The notes under the pieces were generated by a model, which was given only the letters and a program-made list of their open reading frames with translations, did not search any database and was not told where the DNA came from. A stretch of DNA of 32,000 nucleotides from Candidatus Saccharimonadota bacterium (GTDB lineage: Bacteria; Pseudomonadota; Gammaproteobacteria; Enterobacterales; Enterobacteriaceae): NCBI RefSeq assembly GCF_004296515.1, contig NZ_AP018160.1, positions 180,001 through 212,000 on the forward strand, given 5' to 3'. Of the stretch, positions 1 to 8,322 are shown piece after piece (the first letter of the stretch is position 1; each line of letters starts with the position of its first letter). Position numbers and translations under genes: made by a program.

Positions 1-538
1 CAGATGTTGCTGTTTGTCCTAATCCAAAAGGGTTTCCTATAGCTACAACAAAATCACCAACTCTAATTAAATCAGAATTAGCTATTTTTATTTCTACTAA
101 ATTTTTAGGTACATTTACAAATTTAATTATAGCTATATCATTTCTATTATCATTTCCTATTAATTTTGCATTAAATTCTCTACCATCATTTAATCTTATT
201 TTTATTTTGTTAACATTTTTTACTACATGATTATTTGTAATAATATATCCTTTATTAGAGTCTATTATTACTCCAGATCCTATTCCCTCAAATAATTTAT
301 TATCTTTTGGTATATTAGGTCCAAAGAAATATTTAAATTCTTTTGGAATATTATATTGTTTTTCCTTTACTCCTTCTGTGTATATATTAACTACTGATGG
401 TATAACTTTTTCTAACATAGGAGCTAAACTAAAAGTTATATTTTTATTATCTTTATGATTATTGTAAGAATGTATTATAGATGTACTAAATATATTTGAT
501 ATTATTAATAATATTTTTAGTAATAAATTTAATTTCAT
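1..538 (-). CDS. degQ: DegP/DegQ-family periplasmic serine endoprotease, N-terminal part (gene continues past window start)
   Basis: Reverse-strand ATG at 536-538. My translation is MKLNLLLKILLIISNIFSTS..FSLAPMLEKVIPSVVNIYTEG..ITNNHVV..NDIAIIKF..AIGNPFGLGQTATS. It has a signal-peptide-like N-terminus, the SLAPMLEKV motif of E. coli DegP/DegQ, and the catalytic His and Asp contexts. It is divergent from rplM, as degQ is in E. coli. The P-versus-Q assignment rests on synteny only. Confidence 0.85.
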   Translation of the reverse strand, partial: MKLNLLLKILLIISNIFSTSIIHSYNNHKDNKNITFSLAPMLEKVIPSVVNIYTEGVKEKQYNIPKEFKYFFGPNIPKDNKLFEGIGSGVIIDSNKGYIITNNHVVKNVNKIKIRLNDGREFNAKLIGNDNRNDIAIIKFVNVPKNLVEIKIANSDLIRVGDFVVAIGNPFGLGQTATS

Positions 539-580
539 ATAAAATTTTAATTGATTATTTATTATAAATTTACTAAAATT

Positions 581-610
581 ATTATAAATTAAATACATAT
601 TTTATGTCAA
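581..610 (-). promoter_or_regulatory. Candidate sigma70 promoter for degQ (TTGACA-N18-TATAAT on minus strand)
   Basis: Plus-strand tgtcaa at 605-610 is TTGACA on the minus strand, and plus-strand attata at 581-586 is TATAAT. The spacer is 18 nt and the -10 element lies about 40 nt upstream of the degQ ATG. A/T-rich hexamers arise easily by chance here, but a full TTGACA is unusual in a nearly G/C-free spacer. Confidence 0.4.
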
Positions 611-708
611 CTAATATCAAATTTTATATTAGACTATAAATTTATAATATTTAAAATTTTAATATTTTTACTATATTAAATATATAATTAAGATAATATT
701 TATAAATT

Positions 709-1128
709 ATGTTATTAAATAAAAAAGTAATAAGAAAGTGGTATTTATTAGATGCAGAAAATAAAAATTTAGGTAGAATTTCTACTTTAATATCATTAAT
801 TTTACAAGGAAAAAATAAATCAGAATATTCTTCTAATATAGATGTTGGAGATTACATAGTATTAATAAATGCAAAAAAAATTAAAGTAACTGGTAATAAA
901 TTTAATAATAAAATATATTATAAACATACTGGATATATAGGTAATTTAAAAAAATATTGTTTCAAAGATATTATGCAAAAAAATCCTAAATATATTATTA
1001 TTCATTCTATTAAAGGAATGTTGCCTAAAAATAAACTTCAAAATATTTTTATAAAAAAATTAAAAATTTTTTTAGATTCTAATCATACTTATAAAAATAT
1101 TAAATTTAATATTTTAGATATAAATTAA
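709..1128 (+). CDS. rplM: 50S ribosomal protein L13
   Basis: 139 aa. KWYLLDAENKNLGRISTLISLILQGK and YYKHTGYIGNLK match L13. It is followed by rpsI, as in the E. coli rplM-rpsI operon. Confidence 0.95.
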   Translation: MLLNKKVIRKWYLLDAENKNLGRISTLISLILQGKNKSEYSSNIDVGDYIVLINAKKIKVTGNKFNNKIYYKHTGYIGNLKKYCFKDIMQKNPKYIIIHSIKGMLPKNKLQNIFIKKLKIFLDSNHTYKNIKFNILDIN

Positions 1129-1137
1129 TTTAAATTT

Positions 1138-1524
1138 ATGCTTATTTATTATGGAACTGGAAGAAGAAAAAATTCCTCTTCTAGAGTTTTTATGAAAAAT
1201 GGAAATGGTAATATTGTTATAAATAAAATTAATATAGATAAATATGTATATATGAACTTAAAAAAATATATAATTATAAGTCCAATGATTATTACAAATT
1301 TAATAGATAAATTTGATTTATTTATAACAGTTAAAGGAGGAGGATATTCAAGTCAATTATATGCTATTAGATTAGGTATTTCTAGAGCAATTGTAAAATA
1401 TAATGAAAATTTTAAAAATATATTAAAAAAACTAAAATATTTAACTAGAGATTCTAGAAGTGTAGAAAGAAAAAAATTTGGATTAAAAAAATCAAGAAAA
1501 AAACCTCAATATTCTAAAAGATAA
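1138..1524 (+). CDS. rpsI: 30S ribosomal protein S9
   Basis: 128 aa. YYGTGRRKNSSSRVF, VKGGGYSSQLYAIRLGISRA and the C-terminal KKPQYSKR are typical S9. Confidence 0.95.
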   Translation: MLIYYGTGRRKNSSSRVFMKNGNGNIVINKINIDKYVYMNLKKYIIISPMIITNLIDKFDLFITVKGGGYSSQLYAIRLGISRAIVKYNENFKNILKKLKYLTRDSRSVERKKFGLKKSRKKPQYSKR

Positions 1525-2082
1525 TTATTTTTTTATTAAGAAATCTTTATGAATTATTGCTGTGATTATTTCTTTATTTTTAAAATAATAATTTATTAAT
1601 CTTATTAAATTTATAGTATCTTTTCTATTACATATACCTATTATATATATTTCATCATTTACAATAAAAAATTTAATATTAGATAATTTTGTAGTATTAA
1701 ACTTTAATAATATTAAATATAATTTAATATTTTCATAAAAATATTTTAAAAAATATTGTTTTTTTATTTTATTATTATTAATTTTTATTTTATTAAAAAT
1801 TTTTATTTTATTATATTTATAATTATTAATAATTTTATTTAATTTATTTATTTCATTTAAAGAATCTAATTTACCAATTAATATTATATTATTATTATAA
1901 GATATAATTTTTATATTATTTTTATTAATATTTTTTTTTATAAAATTTTTTATTTTAAATTTATTTATTACATCAATTATTTGTATATTTATATTTCTTG
2001 GATCTGATATTATTTTAGTTAAAAATGCTGATATTAATATTAATGTAAATTTATTTATATTTTTATTAAAAATATTTAACAT
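1525..2082 (-). CDS. dolP: DolP (YraP)-like dual BON-domain protein
   Basis: 185 aa versus 191 aa in E. coli. ISDPRNINIQIID matches ATDPRSVGTQVDD. IKIISYNNNIILIGK matches INVTAYQGKVLLVGQ. IKFFIVNDEIYIIGICNRKD..EIITAI matches VKVTTENGEVFLMGLVTEREA..RVTTAF. The alignment is from memory and the sequence is very divergent. Confidence 0.6.
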   Translation of the reverse strand: MLNIFNKNINKFTLILISAFLTKIISDPRNINIQIIDVINKFKIKNFIKKNINKNNIKIISYNNNIILIGKLDSLNEINKLNKIINNYKYNKIKIFNKIKINNNKIKKQYFLKYFYENIKLYLILLKFNTTKLSNIKFFIVNDEIYIIGICNRKDTINLIRLINYYFKNKEIITAIIHKDFLIKK

Positions 2083-2118
2083 AGATATTATAATGTGTAT
2101 ATAGTTATAATTTATAAA

Positions 2119-2147
2119 TTGTTTTTATTATATAATAATGCTATTAT
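2119..2147 (+). promoter_or_regulatory. Candidate promoter for rnpB (TTGTTT-N17-TATTAT)
   Basis: ttgttt at 2119-2124, a 17-nt spacer, then tattat at 2142-2147. The predicted start about 7 nt downstream coincides with the inferred 5' end of RNase P RNA (about 2155). In E. coli the mature rnpB 5' end is the transcription start. Confidence 0.3.
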
Positions 2148-2154
2148 ATAATAT

Positions 2155-2486
2155 AAATTAACAATTTAGTCGCTTTAATTTTAATTTAAGAGGAAAGTCC
2201 GGGCTCCAAGAGTAAAGATGCCAGATAACATCTGGGAAATTATTTAATATAATTTACGACAAGTGCAACAGAAAATATACCGCTTTTTTAGAGTAAGGGT
2301 GAAAAGGTATGGTAAGAGCATACCATAAATTTGGTAACAAATTTAGTTATGTAAACTCCATCTGGAGAAAGGTCAAATTAAGAATTTATACTACTCGTAT
2401 TTCTTTGGTAGACCGATTGAATTAATATGTGAATATTAATCTAGATAAATGACTATTTATACAGAATCCGGCTTATTAGTTAATTT
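2155..2486 (+). ncRNA. rnpB: RNase P RNA (bacterial type A, M1 RNA), compacted
   Basis: Universally conserved blocks are present: GAGGAAAGTCCGGGCTCC (P4 5' strand), GTGCAACAGAAAATATACCGC, GTAAGGGTGAAAAGGT..GGTAAGAGC, AAACTCCATCTGGAG and ACAGAATCCGGCTTAT (P4 3' strand). P1 pairs aaattaac with gttaattt. It is a clear GC-rich island. Ends are accurate to about +/-5 nt. Confidence 0.92.
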
Positions 2487-2514
2487 ATTATTTTAATTTA
2501 TTTATTATATAATT

Positions 2515-2853
2515 ATGCACATAAATTTTTTAAATAAAATTATTAATTTTTTAAATATTATATTTATATGTAATTATTATGATTTTATTTATATATTATT
2601 ATTAACATTATTTTTGATAGTATTTACTATTATTATTCCAAATAAAATTAAATATATAAATTATAAAAAATTTGTAAATTCTATTAAAATTGGAGATGAA
2701 ATACTTACATCAGGTGGTTTAATTTGCAAAGTATATAAATCATTAAATAATAATTATTTTTTAGTAATTATAAATAACAATCAAAAAGTTTTAATAAGTA
2801 AAGATTATATAAGATCTAAATTACCTAATGGAACTTTAGATAATTTAAATTAA
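2515..2853 (+). CDS. yajC: Sec translocon accessory subunit YajC
   Basis: 112 aa with one N-terminal TM segment. IKIGDEILTSGGLICKVYK..VLISKDYIRSKLPNGTL matches E. coli IAKGDEVLTNGGLVGRVTK..VVIKRDFVAAVLPKGTM. Confidence 0.88.
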   Translation: MHINFLNKIINFLNIIFICNYYDFIYILLLTLFLIVFTIIIPNKIKYINYKKFVNSIKIGDEILTSGGLICKVYKSLNNNYFLVIINNNQKVLISKDYIRSKLPNGTLDNLN

Positions 2854-2862
2854 TTATATATT

Positions 2863-3762
2863 TTGAATAAAATATATACAGTTAAAAATATTATAATATT
2901 AATTTCAAATAAATTTAAAAAATCTAATATATTTTATGGACATGGATCATTAAATTGTTTTGATGAAGCAAAAAATTTTATATTATCTTATATTGGAATT
3001 AATAATAATTTATATTTTAAATATAAAAATACAAAAATATCTAATATATTAAAAAGTAAAATATTTAAATTATTATACAAAAGAATATATAATAGAATAC
3101 CAGTTTTTTATTTAACAAATAGATTATATTTATATAATCTAGAATTTTTTATAAATAAAAATGTAGTTATTCCTAGATCTCATATTTTAGAAATAATAAG
3201 TAATAAATTTACTAATATAATAAATTATTATCCTAATAATATATTAGATTTGTGTACTGGTAGTGGATGTTTAGCAATTTTAGCAGCAAAAATTTTTTTT
3301 AAATCTAATATTTATGCATCAGATATATGTAATTTAGCATTAAATGTAGCTAAAAAAAATATAATTATTAATAATATAAATAATATAGTTTTATTTAGAT
3401 CCGATATTTATAAATCTATACCAAATATAAATTTTGATATAATATTAACTAATCCTCCTTATGTTAATATAAAAGATAAATATTTTTTACCTAAAGAATA
3501 TATTCATGAACCTAGTATTGGATTATTTGCTAAAAACAACGGATTAGAATTTATTAATGAAATATTAATAAATTCTATTAACTTTTTAACTAATAGGGGA
3601 GTTTTAATTTGTGAAATTGGAGATAATTATAATAAATTAATTAATTTATACCCTAATATAAAATTTAATTGGATAAATATAAATAGTAAAAATAAAAATG
3701 TCTTTTTTCTTAAAAGAACAGAATTGAAAAAATATAAAAAATATTTTGTAAAAAAATTATAA
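2863..3762 (+). CDS. prmB: Ribosomal protein L3 Gln-N5 methyltransferase (HemK-family)
   Basis: 299 aa with a TTG start. Matching motifs are [27 protein letters not shown] (SAM site), TNPPYV, HEPSIGL and GVLICEIG. It lies immediately upstream of aroC, as prmB does in E. coli. Confidence 0.85.
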   Translation: MNKIYTVKNIIILISNKFKKSNIFYGHGSLNCFDEAKNFILSYIGINNNLYFKYKNTKISNILKSKIFKLLYKRIYNRIPVFYLTNRLYLYNLEFFINKNVVIPRSHILEIISNKFTNIINYYPNNILDLCTGSGCLAILAAKIFFKSNIYASDICNLALNVAKKNIIINNINNIVLFRSDIYKSIPNINFDIILTNPPYVNIKDKYFLPKEYIHEPSIGLFAKNNGLEFINEILINSINFLTNRGVLICEIGDNYNKLINLYPNIKFNWININSKNKNVFFLKRTELKKYKKYFVKKL

Positions 3763-3772
3763 GGAGAAAATT

Positions 3773-4834
3773 ATGTCTGGTAATTCAATAGGAAAAATTT
3801 TTCGTGTTACTACATTTGGTGAATCACATGGAATAGCATTAGGAGGTATTATAGATGGAGTTCCTCCAAAAATTCAAATAAATGAAGATGATATTCAATA
3901 TGATTTAAATAGAAGAAAACCGGGTAATTCTAAATTTACTAGTCCAAGAAAAGAAAATGATAAAATAAAAATATTATCAGGAGTTTTTGAAGGTCTTACT
4001 ACAGGTACTAGTATAGGTATATTAATAGAAAATAATGATTTTAGATCTAAAGATTATGAATCTATAAAAAATATATATAGACCTGGTCATGCTGATTATA
4101 CTTATGAAAAAAAATATGGAATTAGAGATTATAGAGGTGGTGGTAGATCTTCTGCAAGAGAAACAATTATAAGAGTTGCTGCTGGTTCTATTGCAAAAAA
4201 ATTTTTAGAAAATTTTAATATAAAAATTAAAGGTTACTTATCACAAATGGGAAATATACATTGTGAATTTAAAAATTGGAAAAATGTTGATGAAAATCCA
4301 TTTTTTTGTTCTGATTTAGATAAAATTAGTGATTTAGAAAATTTAATAAATGATTTAAAAAATTCTGGGAATTCCATAGGAGCTAAATTAAAAATTATAG
4401 CTGAAAATGTTCCTGTTGGATTAGGAGAACCAGTTTTTGATCGTTTAGATGCTGATATAGCACATGCTTTAATGAGCATAAATGCAGTAAAAGGTATAGA
4501 AATAGGAGATGGATTTTCTGTAGTTGAGAAATTTGGTTCTGATAATAGAGATGAAATTTTTTCAAGTGGATTTTCTAGTAATCATTCTGGTGGAATATTA
4601 GGTGGTATTAGTACAGGCCAAAATATAATAGCTACTATTGCTTTAAAACCTACATCTAGTATTTCTGTAATAGGTAATACTATAAATAAATATGGTGAAG
4701 AAACTTTAGTATCTGTAAAAGGAAGACATGATCCATGCGTAGGAATAAGAGCTGTTCCTATAGCAGAAGCTATGATGTCAATAGTTATAATGGATCATTT
4801 ATTACGTTATAGAGCACAATGTAATAATATTTAA
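3773..4834 (+). CDS. aroC: Chorismate synthase
   Basis: 353 aa. [76 protein letters not shown] and [18 protein letters not shown] are all present. A strong SD (taaggagaaaattATG) precedes it. Confidence 0.97.
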   Translation: MSGNSIGKIFRVTTFGESHGIALGGIIDGVPPKIQINEDDIQYDLNRRKPGNSKFTSPRKENDKIKILSGVFEGLTTGTSIGILIENNDFRSKDYESIKNIYRPGHADYTYEKKYGIRDYRGGGRSSARETIIRVAAGSIAKKFLENFNIKIKGYLSQMGNIHCEFKNWKNVDENPFFCSDLDKISDLENLINDLKNSGNSIGAKLKIIAENVPVGLGEPVFDRLDADIAHALMSINAVKGIEIGDGFSVVEKFGSDNRDEIFSSGFSSNHSGGILGGISTGQNIIATIALKPTSSISVIGNTINKYGEETLVSVKGRHDPCVGIRAVPIAEAMMSIVIMDHLLRYRAQCNNI

Positions 4835-4835
4835 A

Positions 4836-5954
4836 ATGTCTAATTTTTCATTAAAATGGAGACCTAAAAAATTTTCAGAAATTGTAGGTCAAAATAATGT
4901 AATAAATTCTATAATAAATAGTTTTAAATATAATAGAATACATAATTCTTACTTAATATATGGACCATATGGTACTGGTAAAACATCAATAGCTAGATTG
5001 ATATCCAAAGGTTTAAATTGTGATGAATATATAAAATCTTGTTTAAATATAAATTATAATTTTCCATGTAATAAATGTAATAATTGTCTTTTGATGGAAA
5101 ATAATAAATTTATAGATTTTATTGAAATTGATGCATCTCTTAAAACTAAAGTAGAAGATATAAGAGATTTGTTAGATAATATAAATTATTTACCTTATTA
5201 TGGATTAAATAAAATTTATTTAATAGATGAAATTCATACTATATCTAAATTAAGTTTTAGTACATTATTAAAATCTTTAGAAGAACCTCCTATTAATACT
5301 ATATTTATACTTGTTACTACTGAAATAAATAAAATACCTAATACTATTTTATCTCGTTGTTTTAAATTAAATTTAAATAAATTAGATAATAATTTAATTA
5401 TAAACAGATTATGTTATATATCCAATATAGAAAAAATAAGTTTTGAACAAAATGTTTTATATTATATATCTGATATTGCTAACGGAAGTTTAAGAGATTC
5501 ATTAAATATATTAGAACAATTATCTATAGTAAGTAAAAATAATATTAAATTAGAATTAATTAGTAATTTATTTAATATATGTAATTTAGATATACTAATA
5601 AATTTAATTGAATATATTATTTATAATGATTTAAATAAATTATTAATAGAATTATATAATTTTTCTTTAATTAATTTAGATTATAATTTTATAATTAATA
5701 AATTGTTAATTATTATTCATTATATTTTTATGATTAATTTTAATAAAAATTATTATTTAGATTCAATATTTAATAATAAAAAAAATACTTTAATTAAATT
5801 ATCAAATAATATATCTATAGAAAAAATAGAATTATTTTATAGTTTACTTATAGAATTAAAAGAAAAATTAATTTATTATTATAATTATAAAATAGCATTT
5901 GAAGCATATATAATTAAAATATTTTATAATATAAATAATAAATTAAATAAATAA
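4836..5954 (+). CDS. dnaX: DNA polymerase III clamp-loader subunit DnaX, short (gamma-like) form
   Basis: 372 aa. WRPKKFSEIVGQ, GPYGTGKTSIARL (Walker A), a Cys cluster CNKCNNC, YLIDEIH (Walker B) and TILSRC (sensor) are present. No tau C-terminal domains are encoded. The start is 1 nt after the aroC stop. Confidence 0.9.
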   Translation: MSNFSLKWRPKKFSEIVGQNNVINSIINSFKYNRIHNSYLIYGPYGTGKTSIARLISKGLNCDEYIKSCLNINYNFPCNKCNNCLLMENNKFIDFIEIDASLKTKVEDIRDLLDNINYLPYYGLNKIYLIDEIHTISKLSFSTLLKSLEEPPINTIFILVTTEINKIPNTILSRCFKLNLNKLDNNLIINRLCYISNIEKISFEQNVLYYISDIANGSLRDSLNILEQLSIVSKNNIKLELISNLFNICNLDILINLIEYIIYNDLNKLLIELYNFSLINLDYNFIINKLLIIIHYIFMINFNKNYYLDSIFNNKKNTLIKLSNNISIEKIELFYSLLIELKEKLIYYYNYKIAFEAYIIKIFYNINNKLNK

Positions 5955-5979
5955 TAATTTAAAATATAAATTAAAAACT

Positions 5980-6648
5980 ATGAATATAATTTTAATTGGA
6001 CCTCCAGGATCAGGTAAAGGAACTCAATCTAAATTTATAATAAATAAATATAATTTATTATATATTTCTGTCGGTGATTTATTAAGAAATATATCTTTAA
6101 TAAATAAAGATGATTTTTCTTTAAAAATAAAAAATTATATAGATAGTGGTAAATTATTAAATGATGATTTTATATTAAGTATAATAAATAATTATATAAC
6201 TAAAAATATAAATAATAAATTTAATGGAATATTATTAGATGGATTTCCTAGAAATTTAAATCAAGCTTACTTACTTGATAAATTAAAAATTAAATTTAAT
6301 ATAATTATAGAATTTATAATTGACTATAAATTAATAATTAATAGATTATCTAATAGATTAATACATGAACCGTCAGGAAGAATATATAATAATACATTTA
6401 ATCCTCCATTAATACCAGGATTTGATGATATTACAGGTGAAAAATTATCTAATAGAATAGATGATAATATAAAAACTATAAAAGATAGATTAAATATATA
6501 TAATGATAATATACTTGATTTAAGAAAATATTTCTTTGATAAAATTAATAATGATAATGATATTAATTATTATCTAATTAATTCTGGAATAGATAATATT
6601 ATTTTAAAAAATATTATATATAAAATTTTGTTTCTTTATAAAAAATAA
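5980..6648 (+). CDS. adk: Adenylate kinase
   Basis: 222 aa. ILIGPPGSGKGTQ, LLDGFPRN and the lid segment RLIHEPSGRIYNNTFNPP..DDITGEKLSNRIDD are present. Confidence 0.95.
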   Translation: MNIILIGPPGSGKGTQSKFIINKYNLLYISVGDLLRNISLINKDDFSLKIKNYIDSGKLLNDDFILSIINNYITKNINNKFNGILLDGFPRNLNQAYLLDKLKIKFNIIIEFIIDYKLIINRLSNRLIHEPSGRIYNNTFNPPLIPGFDDITGEKLSNRIDDNIKTIKDRLNIYNDNILDLRKYFFDKINNDNDINYYLINSGIDNIILKNIIYKILFLYKK

Positions 6649-6650
6649 AT

Positions 6651-6721
6651 GCGGGAGTAACTCAAAGGTAGAGTGTAACCTTGCCAAGGTTAAAATACGA
6701 GTTCGAATCTCGTCTTCCGCT
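6651..6721 (+). tRNA. glyW: tRNA-Gly (anticodon GCC)
   Basis: Cloverleaf folded by hand. Acceptor GCGGGAG/CUUCCGC, anticodon arm UAACC-UUGCCAA-GGUUA, T arm ACGAG-UUCGAAU-CUCGU, discriminator U. It is near-identical in layout to E. coli glyW. No CCA is encoded. It starts 2 nt after the adk stop. Confidence 0.93.
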
Positions 6722-6725
6722 ATAT

Positions 6726-6796
6726 GACGCGTTGTCAGAGTGGAAATGTGATAGACTGCAAATCTATTTACCCTGGTTCAAATCCAGGACGCGTCT
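6726..6796 (+). tRNA. cysT: tRNA-Cys (anticodon GCA)
   Basis: Acceptor GACGCGU/ACGCGUC, anticodon arm AUAGA-CUGCAAA-UCUAU, T arm CCUGG-UUCAAAU-CCAGG, discriminator U73 (the Cys identity element). No CCA is encoded. Confidence 0.92.
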
Positions 6797-6802
6797 TTGC
6801 TT

Positions 6803-6883
6803 GCCCAGGTGGTGGAATGGTAGACACGAGGGACTTAAAATCCCTTAGCTTTTGCTGTATGAGTTCAAATCTCATCCTGGGTA
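6803..6883 (+). tRNA. leuZ: tRNA-Leu (anticodon UAA), class II long variable arm
   Basis: It aligns along its whole length to E. coli leuZ. Acceptor GCCCAGG/CCUGGGU with G1-U72, anticodon arm AGGGA-CUUAAAA-UCCCU, T arm AUGAG-UUCAAAU-CUCAU, discriminator A. The Gly-Cys-Leu order equals the E. coli glyW-cysT-leuZ operon. No CCA is encoded. Confidence 0.92.
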
Positions 6884-8242
6884 TTTTTTTTTCCAAATAG
6901 TTTTATTTATATTATCTTCTAATATTATTCCTCTTTTATTTAATATAAATCTTATATTGTCTGCAGTATTCCAATCTTTATTTTTTCTAGCAATATTTCT
7001 TTTATTTATTAATGTTAAAATTTCTAATTCTAAAATATTATTAATATTATTTTTAGTTTTAAGAAAAGTATTAGAATCATATTGTAATATTCCTAATATA
7101 TTTCCTAAATTTATCATTTCTATAATTAAATTATTAGTTATAGTATTATTTAAATTTTTAAATTTATTTATTTCATTAGAAATTTCAAATAATATAGAAT
7201 ATGCTTTTGGTATATTTAAATCATTATTCATTGCTTCATTAAATCTATATGTAAATTCAGTTTTATAATTATAATTTTCTTTTTTTATTATTTTAAAATT
7301 ATTAATTGATGTATATAATTTTTTTAACAAAAAATATGATTTTTTTAAATTATCAGAATTATAATTAATTGGATTTCTATAATGTTTAGAAATTAAAAAA
7401 AATTTTAACACCTCTGGATTAAAATATTTTAAAATATTTCTTATTAAAAATGAATTATTTAATGATTTTGACATTTTTTCATTAAAAAAAATAACAGATC
7501 CTATATGCATCCATATTTTTATATTAAAATCATCAAATCCAGAATATGATTGAGCTAATTCATTTTCATGATGAGGAAATAATAAATCATAACCTCCTCC
7601 ATGTATATTTATTGTTTTATTTTTAAAAAATTTATTACTTATTGCTGAACATTCTATATGCCATCCAGGTCTTCCTTTTCCCCACGGAGAATTCCAATTA
7701 GGATATTTAGAATTTAATTTCCATACAACAAAGTCTGAATATTCATTTGAAATATTATTATTAAAATTAATATCTTTAAATCTATTAGACAATTTTCCAT
7801 AATCTTTAAATGATTTAATAGAAAATAATAAATCTCCATTTAATGAACGATATACATGTTTTTTAATTATTAATATTTCTATTAAATTTATTATTTCTGA
7901 AATACATTCTGTAACTTTTGGTTCATGTGTTGGTTTATTTAAATTTAAAGATTTAAAATCATTATTCATATTATGTATAAAATTATTAGTTAGATTTTTA
8001 TAGTCAATATTATTTTTATTCGATTCTTCTATTATTTTATTATCTATATCTGTTATATTTCTAACGTAATTAATTTCATATCCTAAATTTTTTAAAAATT
8101 TTAATAATATATCAAAAATTATAAATGTTCTAGCATGACCTATATGACAATATGAATAAACTGTTATACCACAAACATATATATTTATATTTTTTGATAT
8201 AATTTTTTCTTTTTTTTTGCTATATGTATTAAATAAAATCAT
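6872..8242 (-). CDS. cysS: Cysteinyl-tRNA synthetase
   Basis: 456 aa. IYVCGITVYSYCHIGHART (HIGH plus zinc Cys), WGKGRPGWHIECS and EKMSKSLNN (KMSKS) are present. The TGA stop at 6872-6874 lies inside the antisense of tRNA-Leu(UAA). Confidence 0.96.
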   Translation of the reverse strand: MILFNTYSKKKEKIISKNINIYVCGITVYSYCHIGHARTFIIFDILLKFLKNLGYEINYVRNITDIDNKIIEESNKNNIDYKNLTNNFIHNMNNDFKSLNLNKPTHEPKVTECISEIINLIEILIIKKHVYRSLNGDLLFSIKSFKDYGKLSNRFKDINFNNNISNEYSDFVVWKLNSKYPNWNSPWGKGRPGWHIECSAISNKFFKNKTINIHGGGYDLLFPHHENELAQSYSGFDDFNIKIWMHIGSVIFFNEKMSKSLNNSFLIRNILKYFNPEVLKFFLISKHYRNPINYNSDNLKKSYFLLKKLYTSINNFKIIKKENYNYKTEFTYRFNEAMNNDLNIPKAYSILFEISNEINKFKNLNNTITNNLIIEMINLGNILGILQYDSNTFLKTKNNINNILELEILTLINKRNIARKNKDWNTADNIRFILNKRGIILEDNINKTIWKKKYPG

Positions 8243-8322
8243 AATTATAATTTAATTAAATTTTTATTATTATTAATAATTTATTATATTGAATTTTATA
8301 TTATTTTAAATTAAAATTTATT

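Noticed and set aside
551-579. Plus-strand TTGATT-N17-TAAAAT upstream of rplM, and TTGAAT-N17-TAAAAT ending 5 nt before the ybeY ATG (8289-8317; possible leaderless mRNA)
   Set aside because: These are motif matches only. The -10-like hexamers are ubiquitous at this composition, and the implied 5' UTRs (about 120 nt and 0 nt) have no independent support. I did not list them as features.
4234-4479. 81-aa ORF on the minus strand
   Set aside because: It lies entirely antisense to the strongly conserved aroC coding sequence and has no recognisable motifs. It is a shadow ORF.
6872-6874. Possibility that TGA is recoded (as Trp), as in some tiny symbiont genomes
   Set aside because: Trp positions I checked in conserved motifs use TGG (for example WIGR in leuS and KWY in rplM). 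TGA falls at the expected protein ends of cysS, mrdB and rpmA. Proteins have normal lengths under the standard code.
6852-7268. 138-aa ORF on the plus strand beginning inside tRNA-Leu
   Set aside because: It is antisense to cysS, which has unambiguous HIGH and KMSKS motifs. The hydrophobic low-complexity translation is typical of the antisense of AT-rich genes.
8249-8262. 14-nt palindrome aatttaattaaatt in the cysS/ybeY spacer, and an 18-nt palindrome ataatataattatattat at about 24348-24365
   Set aside because: In nearly pure A/T sequence, palindromes of 7-9 bp half-length are expected many times per window by chance. I see no positional or conservation argument for function.
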